A stretch of DNA of 35,562 nucleotides. It comes from Folioceros fuciformis. Its lineage: Eukaryota. Of this stretch, positions 9,431 to 17,837 are shown in pieces. The position numbers were made by a program, and so were the translations under genes. The notes below the pieces were generated by a model. The model was not told the origin of the DNA, ran no database searches, and saw nothing but the letters and a program-made list of their open reading frames with translations. The first letter of the stretch is position 1; every line of letters starts with the position of its first letter. The stretch covers positions 240,486 to 276,047 of the forward strand of contig JBNGIO010006258.1 of the NCBI GenBank assembly GCA_049999805.1, given 5' to 3'.

Positions 9431-10623
9431 ATGGAATCCTCCTCAACTGGGCAAGTCCAGCTCCTGCGGATGTCCCAATGTAGCAATGAAACAGCAGAAG
9501 GGCGGGAAATAAAATATCTCGATGCTGTCTCCTCAAGGCAGCTGCCGACGACGATGAGCACTGTGATGCACCTGCCGACGGTTCGGTTGTCAACCGACCC
9601 TGCATTGTCGATGCCCAAATCTCCTATGCAATTCAGCTCCATCACCTGTTTCTCTCGTTGCGTTCCCCAGCGCAAAACTGTTTTCTGCCAGAAATGGTCA
9701 TCTTCCTCCCGTAGATCCATCACTCTTGGAACACGCTTGCTCAGGTTAGCACCTTCGCAGCCTTGGGCTACTGGTGCTCCCAGCTCAGCCGCATCCCCGG
9801 CGTCCGATGAAGGGGCTCATCCTGATAGCAAGGTTTGAATTCTCGTCAGTCCTTGACAAGTGTATGATGTCGCGAATTCCTAAGAAGGTGACAGTACAGC
9901 AGATTTGCTCTGGTTTGTGCATCCCACTTACTGTTGCGTGCGCTGTGTGTATGACAGGTTTGGTACTTCGCGATTGCGAATGCTCAGTCGCTTATGTGAG
10001 TTCAGGGAGTTGCTCCTGCTTTGAAGCTTTCTGTGCGCGACTATTGGCTGCTTGCAATGATAACAATGTTGAATTCCGGGTCAGGTTGGAAGGTGCCGCT
10101 CTCGAAACTGTACTCCTAGATGGGATCCAGCGAGCTGAAAGGTGATGTTGCTTGCGATCCCGGCACGGCCTAGGTTTATACATTCAGGCGGTGTCTGTGG
10201 ATGAAGCGCCGGTCCTGTATCATGTGCGTGGACTAACTCGATGACAATTGGCAGGTCTGGGAGAGACAGAGACGTGTGGCTCATCATGGAGCCTGCGTTC
10301 TTGAGTGAAGATCCTGAACTCGAGTCTTTGAATTCCAGGTTGACGAAGCCTACTGCTGCTATCCTTTCATCAAATGCAGACTGGATGCTCACCTATGTGA
10401 AAGAAAAGCTTCCTCAGGTACACCATTCAACAAATTCACCTAATCAAGTTTCTCCGTCGTGGATGCTGGAGGATGTCGGTGCTAATAATTGCTTCCTCTG
10501 CGTGAGCTGGATCAGGCGGTAATAGGCAAGTTCCTTGCTCCCTCGGCTTCAGTTGGAAATCCATTGAAGTCGAACTTGGAGGCTGGCGGTGATCTCGTAG
10601 GCGGAGGAGGAATTTGGCATTAA
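9431..10623 (+). CDS. Ycf54/LCAA-like protein (divergent) with putative plastid transit peptide; 3' end uncertain
   Basis: Phase-compatible exons ..-9832, 9958-9995, 10085-10141 and 10255-(10417 or 10478) give SK|VWYFAIANAQSL|MLEGAALETVLLDGIQRAE|RSGRDRDVWLIMEPAFLSEDPELESLNSRLTKPTAAILSSNADWMLTYVKEKLPQV. This follows the Ycf54 pattern YxFxxAxAxF...DFWLVxEPxFL...PAxAxVSTNxxWITFxKLRL. Branch point GACTAAC at 10231. Alternative starts at 9554 and 9611. A possible next exon 10553-10623 reads VGNPLKSN... Confidence 0.72.
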
Positions 10624-11420
10624 CATGAGGGCCTGTAGGAGTGACGAGGTTCTCTCAAGAAGAAGGACCATACGAATTTGCAGGTCAGTGCACATGTGTG
10701 TCCATGATGACCACAGCTCCTAGCCTGAGAGGCTCAAAGCTTAACCCGTTCAGCTATGCTCCAGTAGCTAAAGCACCTTGTCCGCATGACATTCCTTCTG
10801 CTTCTCGTCTTCTGGGGTTTGAGAATCCACATGGTTGTTGCGAGGTTCAGTCCGGCATGAAATCTTCCTCACGCTGCTTGCTGCAGCTTGTCCATGTTAC
10901 AGGATGACAATTCTTGTTCAATTTAACTTTTTGAAAACCGTCGGTGGTTTATACCACGAGCCGTTTCTCTGTTTACCACGTTTGCGTTTGCAAGTTCGAT
11001 GACTCACATTCCCCATACGGAAGGCGAAGAATTTTATGACGCTTGTTCGATCAGATGCAGGAACAGAAACACAACAGCAAACTGTTTCTCTGTAGATTGG
11101 CAGCATTGAGGAGAGAACTAAAGGTCATTCAGCATCACTTCATGGCCAGTACAGCGACTGATGTTCGGTCTTCGAAACGGATCAGGAGCTGAAGCGAGGA
11201 GAGTTCAGTTGCAAACCGCGTTGCTGAGACCCCTTTATAAGAGGCAACAGTGTTTCATCGGGCGACTCAATCCCAAACTTCTTCTGTCTCTGCGCTCAGC
11301 TCGAAGTCACACAGGTCTATCCAGAGGAACTCCTCGTCGGCTTGCGATGCTCGGTCCTCCCTGAAGCAAGTTGCAATGCTGTCATCTGACCTGTTGTTCC
11401 CTTGCCTCCAGGCTGCAGAC

Positions 11421-12162
11421 ATGGAGAACTGGAAGCCGGATGAACATGAAGGAGATTTTATTCGTTGCATCAACCAACGGTTTCGAAACTACAAAGGGAC
11501 GCTGCAAGAGTACGCTCAGGCAGCCGGCGTGGGCAAACCTGAGTACGAAACCTTCGAAAGGCCTTCCTTGAGAAGCTGCTTTTCGTCAGCAGTTGTTGTA
11601 GACGGTGTCGCATACAGCAGCAAAGGCAAGCACCACACCCGCAAGGGAGCTGAGCAGGACGCGGCGAAAGTGGCCCTCAAGAAGCTGGAGCTCAGACCGC
11701 AGGTCGTCCCGGAAACAGAGCACCAGGGCTAGGTTACCACGAATTCAAGACGTCCCCGTTTGAGCTTTTCTAACACAGGACACATCCTCCTTGCGCTGCA
11801 TCGCAGGACAATCCGGTGATCAATTCTCTCCTACGGAAGAGCAAAAACTCACAGATCAACCTGTCGCCCGGCGTTGTTGAAGAGCTCACCTTACAACTTT
11901 CTCACCTCCTGGCAAAGGACGATTCCCTGACCGCTCTGAAGAAGTCGAAGGAGGAGTTCGACAAAGCCGTCAAGAGTCGCAAGCTCAAGCGCCTCGTGCA
12001 GGAAGCCGTGAATGAGGTTGAGTTCAAGTTCCAGCTGGTGAACGAACTCATGCACAAGGTGCGTGTGCTGGAACCTGCCCGGCCCTGTCACTGACCTGAA
12101 TCAAACTCCGCCTACCAGAGTCCTGACTTTGCTCTTGTCTGCAGCAAAAGAAGCAGTCATAG
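11421..12162 (+). CDS. Double-stranded RNA-binding motif (DRB/HYL1-type dsRBD) protein with helical C-terminal region
   Basis: NYKGTLQEYAQ..G...PEY....FSSAVVVDGVAY.S....TRKGAEQDAAKVAL is a canonical plant dsRBD. Phase-0 exons 11421-11702, 11807-12058 and 12145-12162 (stop TAG). An acceptor-like CCTCCAG ending at 11411 means upstream exons may exist. Confidence 0.8.
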
Positions 12163-12630
12163 CTACACGAGATCTCTGCACACGCCGCAGGAGTCATCCT
12201 TCGGCAAGACTTCCGCAATGTTCCATGCATTGTCCCTTGCCTGCTCTGGCAGGCAGATTTCGTGTAGACATGATCACGATTGGTTCCTTGTGCGTGACTT
12301 TAGACATGACGATAGAATTAGTTGTAGTTGAAGAATGATCTGTAGTTGCATCTGGTAATAAAACTTAGCCTCAGCCCCCGTTGGGGTTTGTAGAGGACAT
12401 GAGTCCCGGACTCCTCCTGTCCAGAGTCTCCCGAGTTCCCAGCAGTTGGTGGAGAAGTGCACGTTGGAAAGGGAGGAGAGGCTGCAGCGCGGTGGTTACA
12501 GCGAATCCTGGAAAAGGAGCCTCCATGTGCGCTTATCACATCGCGGTAAGTATGCATGCAGGGAATCCTGGATTTGTTTAAGCCTTTTAACCCAACAGAC
12601 GCTTCGATCATCCCCTGAGCTGCTGAGCGC

Positions 12631-12638
12631 TATATAAG
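12631..12638 (+). promoter_or_regulatory. TATA box of the hevein-Hog gene
   Basis: TATATAAG about 120 bp upstream of ATG 12750, in otherwise GC-rich sequence. Confidence 0.6.
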
Positions 12639-12749
12639 CAAGCGCGGGCGTGCGCTGCGAGTATAGTCCACATAGCTTGCAAGCCCTGGAAGTCCACCAA
12701 GTCTGTCTCTCAAATATCGGCGACATCTTCCCCGGCGACGACGAGAATC

Positions 12750-13794
12750 ATGGCCACCGCAAGCCGCGTTCTAGCAGCTGTGTGCGCGACGCTGCTGCTG
12801 GTCCTTCTGTGCTCGCAGCTGGACACGGCCGCTTGCAGGTCCAGCCCTTCCAACAACAAGCCCGAATGCAGCAGCAGCCGGCTGTGCCCCAACAACCAGT
12901 GCTGCAACAACTACGGCCACTGCGGCTACACCGAGGCCTACTGCCACAAAGGCTGCCTCTCGCAGTGCGGCGACGGCAAGGGCAAGCCCAGGGGCGGCAA
13001 CAAAGGCTCGAGCTGCTTCCCGGGCGACGCGATCGTGCAGCTCGCCGGAGGCCGCGCCAAGCGCATGCGTGAGCTCGGGCTCGGCGACGAGGTTGGTTCA
13101 GTTTCCTGCACACCTCCCAAACCTCCCTCCCTCTCTCTCGCTGCACTCCAGAATCACAACATCACGAGCCACACTTCTCCTGCAGGTAGCAGTATGGAGC
13201 TCCAAGACGGGGACCATGTTATACGACCCCGTGTACGCGTTCGGGCACAAGGACCCCGACGCGGAGGCGGAGTTCGTGGCCATCCACGCCGGCGCGGCCT
13301 CCTTCCTCCACCTCACCGCCAACCATTTCCTCCCGACGGCGACGCCCACAGGACGGGCACCAGTGTACAAGCGAGCGCGGGACGTGCGGATCGGGGACCT
13401 GGTGTGGGCGGGAGCTGGAAACGACACAGCTCCCAGCGTGAGGAAAGTGAGCGGGATCTCCATCACAGTCCGACAAGGCCTGTACAATCCGCTCACCATG
13501 AGTGGGACCATCGTGGTGGACGGCGTGGTGGCGTCGGCGCACAGCGACTGGTTCCTGGACCCGCTCTTCGACCTGCTGCGCATCCCGCACCACCTTCCCG
13601 CTGCGTACCAGGCCGTGCTGGCTCCTGTTCGCCTGCTGTACCATGCGCTCGGGAAGCAGGTCTACAGCAGCATCTACAGCGCGCTGGACTCCCGCATCGA
13701 TCTGGCCAGCTTCGGGAGCCAGCACGGCGGCACCGTCTTCACGCTCCTCCTCGTCCTCGCTTTGTCGGCCTCATTCATCTCGTCGTCCAGGTGA
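12750..13794 (+). CDS. Secreted hevein (CBM18 chitin-binding) - Hog (Hedgehog Hint + sterol-recognition region) autoprocessing protein, 316 aa
   Basis: Exons 12750-13091 and 13186-13794, separated by a 94-bp phase-0 GT-AG intron. Signal peptide; 8-Cys hevein CSSSRLCPNNQCCNNYGHCGYTEAYCHKGCLSQC; G/K linker; Hint blocks SS|CFPGDAIVQL...KRMRELGLGDEV, LHLTANHFL, ARDVRIGDLV and GLYNPLTMSGTIVVDGVVASAHS; SRR-like YQAVLAPVRLLY; hydrophobic C-tail. Confidence 0.93.
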
Positions 13795-14053
13795 GGCTCA
13801 CCTGTCGGGACCAACTCTTGCCAAATGTCCTGCTTGCTTTCACACGCCTCCCAATCAGACCTAAATGCATCCACCATCCCTATGTCAATGTCAAGCCACA
13901 CCATCATCACTCCATGTACATATCTATGTGCAGCAGATACATGTACCCCATTTAGGGTTGTTATTTATGTTTATTAATTACGAGTATTATGCAAATAGAT
14001 ACATCCTCCTTAACAATACTAGAAGATTTACAACATTAATGATACACCAAGTG

Positions 14054-17000
14054 TTATACATGTTTTGATACAAGGAGGCCTTCCACTTCTTCTAAGCTAC
14101 CATTAGACAACAATATACTGGTCTCCTCCCTCTTGGCATCGTCGGATTCCAAGACATTTTCCTTCTCGTCCTTTCCCTTTCCCACCTCCTTCCACATGGG
14201 CGTGGGTGGTTGAAACTGCTGTAAGATTTCCACCACTTCTTGCATCGAGGGTCGATGGATAGGCATCAAACTTGTACACAGCAATCCAAGTTGGAGCAGC
14301 CTGGACATACTGTCATCCCACTCTTTCTCCAATGCAATGTCCCGCAGTTCAACCCCTTTGGCCCATTGGTGAGCTGCCCACGCAGCTAGAGTGACCCCTT
14401 CTCCAAACGCCTTGACATCAAGAGGCTTCCGTCCTGTCACCAGCTCCAACAAAACTACTCCAAAGCTGTACACGTCGCTCTTCTCGGTTATTTTGTCCGT
14501 GTAGCTGTACTCTGCAAAAAAGCAGCATACCGAGGGGGTGTTAACAGGGATCCGGGACTGTGCTGGTGGGAGTGCTTGACGGAGTGGTAGAAGAACCTGT
14601 CTGGGAAGGGACAGGTCGCGGGATCGATCTGAAGCAGCATACCGAGTGGGGATTAACAGGCATCCGGGACTGCGCTGGTGGAGGGGCTTAACGGAGTGGT
14701 AGAAGAACCTGTCTGGGAAGTGACAGGTCGCGGGATCGAACTCAAGCAGCATACCGAGGGGGTATGAACAGGGATCCGGGACTGTGCTGGTGGAGGGGCT
14801 TGACGGAGTGGTAGAGGAACCTCTGGAAACTGTCTGAAAAGGGACAAGTCGCGGGATCGAACTCACCTGGCGCAATGTAGCCTCTGGAACCGGCTACGGC
14901 GGTGACCACGTCGCCTCCCGAGTTGGTGCCGCTCAGTTTGGCGAGCCCGAAGTCGGAGAGACAGGCCTCCAGGTCGGCGTCGAGCAGAATGTTGTTGGCC
15001 TTGACGTCGCGGTGCAGGATCTGGCCGTCCGGCGCGTGGTGGTGGAGATACGCCAGCGCGTCGGCTACGCCTACCGCGACGCGGAACCGGCTGTGCCAGT
15101 CCAGCCCCTCGCCTGCCGGTGGCGAGTGGAGGAGGTCGCCCAGGCTCCCGTGCGGCATGTACTCGAACACCAGCAGGTTCCAGTCGCTGGAGGCCCCGCT
15201 GCACAGGAGCTTGACGATGTGCCGGTGGCGGGTGCTCCGGCCAAGCGTCTGAACCTCGGCCTCGAACCCGTGATCTGCGTACTTTTTCGACCGCGGCCCC
15301 GTTGGCCTGGGGAGCAGCTTCGCCGCCACGGTCGTCCCGTCCCGAAGCTCCACTTTGTATACCCGCCCTGACGCACCGGACCCGATCAGGCGCGCCGCGC
15401 CGAGGCCAGACAAGACCTCCTCGGGTTGGAACCACAGGTCCTGGAACGACTTGAAGGACCACTGGGCGTCGTCGTCCGCAACCTCGCGAGCCCGCAGGAT
15501 GCGCCTCCATGCCAGGCAGCATCCGATCGCGGCGAGAGCCAGGCCTGCCACGACCGCCAGGGTCACCCAGGGCCAGGCCCGGGACCGGCGCGCGGGGGGG
15601 CTCGGGGCCGCGGTTGGGCAGGGTCGGACGCCCGGGCCGCACAGGCCCGGGTTGTTGAGGAAGGAGTCGCCATAGCCGTCGGTGTCGAAGGCCGGCGGGA
15701 TCGGGCCCGACAGGTCGTTGTTGGAGACGTTGAAGGAGCTGTAGGTGCTGCGGAATCCGGGGGGGATGGCGCCGGATAGTTTGTTGTCGGAGAGGTCGAG
15801 GCGGGAGAGACTGGAGATGTCGGCGAGAGATGGCGGGATGGAGCCAGAGAGTAGATTGCTGGAGAGGTCGAGCTGCACCAGAGTCGAGCAGTTTCCCAGC
15901 TCGGACGGGATGCTGCCGGAGAGGCGGTTGGATTGGAGGAAGAGATCTCCCAGCACCTTGAGGTTGCCGAGACTCGGCGGGATGGCGCCTTCCAGGAGGT
16001 TGTAAGAGGCGTTGAAGCGCAATAGTGAAGACAGATTGCCCAGCTCTGGAGGGATCGGGCCGGAGAAGCGGTTGTTGCCGATCAGCAGCATGGTGCGATT
16101 CGAGGAGGCGCCTGCTTCCGGCGGGATGGTGCCGTTCAAGAGATTGTTGGACAGGTCCATGTAGTCCAGTCTGGGGCTACCCCAGAGCTCCTTGGGGAAG
16201 CTGCCGGTTATGTAGTTGCTGTCGATGCGGAGGCCGTGGAGGGAGCTGCAGTTGGCGTAGGAGGCCGGGAAGGGCCCGGAGAAGGCGTTGGACTGGATGG
16301 CGAAGGTACTCAGCTGGCCGCCGTTGCATGCGGCCCAGGGCACGGGCCCGACGAAGTTGTTGGACGCTATCTCGAAATCCTTTAACGGGCTATTGGCGCC
16401 GAAGGTCGGTGGGAAGGGCCCGCTCAGCAGGTTGTTGAAGATGGTGAAGTTGGTGAGCTTCGTCAAGCTGGCCATGGCTTCCGGCACGCTGCCTGTCAGC
16501 GAATTGTTCTTCAATGAGAACAACATCAGGTTCTTCCACTCTCCCAAGTCCTGTGGGAATTCCCCGCTCAACTGGTTCCCGGCCCCGGAAAATTCCTCCA
16601 TGTTCACCAGCTTCCCCATCCCGGACGGCAGGCTGCCGCTCAGCTGGTTGTTGTCGAAGAGGAAGCCCGTCAAGCTGGTGAGCTCCGTGATAGACTGCGG
16701 GATGGATCCTGAAAGCTGGTTGTTTACAAGGTACAGGGTTCTCAGATTCTTGAGCGACGACACTGAATCCGGGATGGAACCTGTGAGCAAGTTCGAGCTC
16801 AGATCAAGAGCATAGAGCGAAGTGAGGTTGCCGATGGAGTCGGGGATGGCGCCGGAGAGGGAATTGTGAAGAGCCTGGAAGTCCTGCAGCTGCGTGAGGT
16901 TGCTCATATCTGGAATGCTCCCGTTAAGCAGGTTGCTCCCTAGGTGGAGAAAGGTCAGGTTCCGGAGGCTGCCGATGGACCTCGGGATGGGGCCTGTCAG

Positions 17001-17837
17001 CATGTTGGCCGTCAGATCCAGCTGCGTGAGATTGGTGAGCCTCCCAATGCTTTCCGGGATGGAGCCAGTGAGAAGATTGAAGCCGAGATTCAGCAACGTC
17101 AGTTGTGTGCTGCCGATGGATTCGGGGATGGTGCCCGTCAAATTGAAGCAGTGATCCGCCTGAAACACCTGCAGCTGCGTCAGATTGCTGAAATCGAGGA
17201 GCATAGTTCCCTCCAACCCGAGGTTCGTGTCGACCCGGAGCGTCTGCAACGTCGCCAGCTTCCCATACGCGGGAGGGATGCCCCCGGTGGTGAAGAGGTT
17301 GGAGTGTAGCATCAGCGTTTGGAGCCTCCCTAACTCTCCGATGGAGGGAGGCATGCTCCCGTTGAGGTAATTCTCCGCCAGGTCCAATGTCTCCAGGTTC
17401 TGGAACACGGCGAACTTGTCCGGCAGCTCGCCCCCGACCATTGTGAGCCGCACCTGCATGAACGTCAGCCCGGTGCAGTTGAAGAGGCCGTCGGGGAAGT
17501 CCCCGCTGATTCCCGTCATGTTGTACAGCAGCAGCACCTGCAGGGTGGGGATTTTGCAGAAGGCGGGCACCAACGGGCCGGACAAGTCGGCGGAGGAGAT
17601 GTTGAGCCCAGTGACCACCTCGACGCCTCCGCTGCTACTGCACTGCACGCCGCTCCAGGAGCACACTGGGATGGAGGTGGTCCAACTCGCCAGCGTCCCC
17701 CCGGGATCCTCCAGGGCTGCTTTGAATGCCATCAGGTTCGCCATGTCCGACTCTGATCCTGCTCGGCCTCCCCGAAGCAGGTGCAGGACCAGGATCAGCC
17801 ATGCTAGCAGCAACGGCACGCGGCCGGAGCAAGCCAT
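14054..17837 (-). CDS. LRR receptor-like kinase, subfamily XI (HAESA/HSL-like), RD kinase
   Basis: Exon 1 17837-14867 carries a signal peptide, WxxxxxVCSWSGVQC cap, ~27 LRRs, NNPGLCG cap, TM helix, WSFKSFQ juxtamembrane, IGSGASGRVYK, HRDVKANNILLD, DFG and GSRGYIAP. Intron 14866-14512 lies at the conserved GYIAP|E position. Exon 2 14511-14054 reads EYSYTDKITEKSDVYSFGVVLLELVTG...RPSMQEVV. Confidence 0.96.
14520..14865. repeat. Three tandem ~112-120-bp copies filling the LRR-RLK intron
   Basis: AAGCAGCATACCGAG.GGG...ATCCGGGACTG.GCTGGTGG...ACGGAGTGGTAGA.GAACCT...GTCGCGGGATCGA starts at ~14520, ~14632 and ~14744. Confidence 0.93.

Noticed and set aside
13014-13550. Self-splicing intein or true Hedgehog ortholog
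   Set aside because: No C-terminal His-Asn + Cys/Ser/Thr splice junction and no endonuclease; no Hedge signalling domain. It is a Hog-type domain with a different N-terminal cargo.
12750-13955. 401-aa single-exon ORF as the real product
   Set aside because: After 13091 it reads through an intron into an Arg/Pro-rich shadow frame; the Hint domain continues in the other frame from 13186.
14742-14866. RLK ending at 14742 as a truncated kinase or pseudogene
   Set aside because: A canonical intron at GYIAP|E joins it to an intact exon 2.
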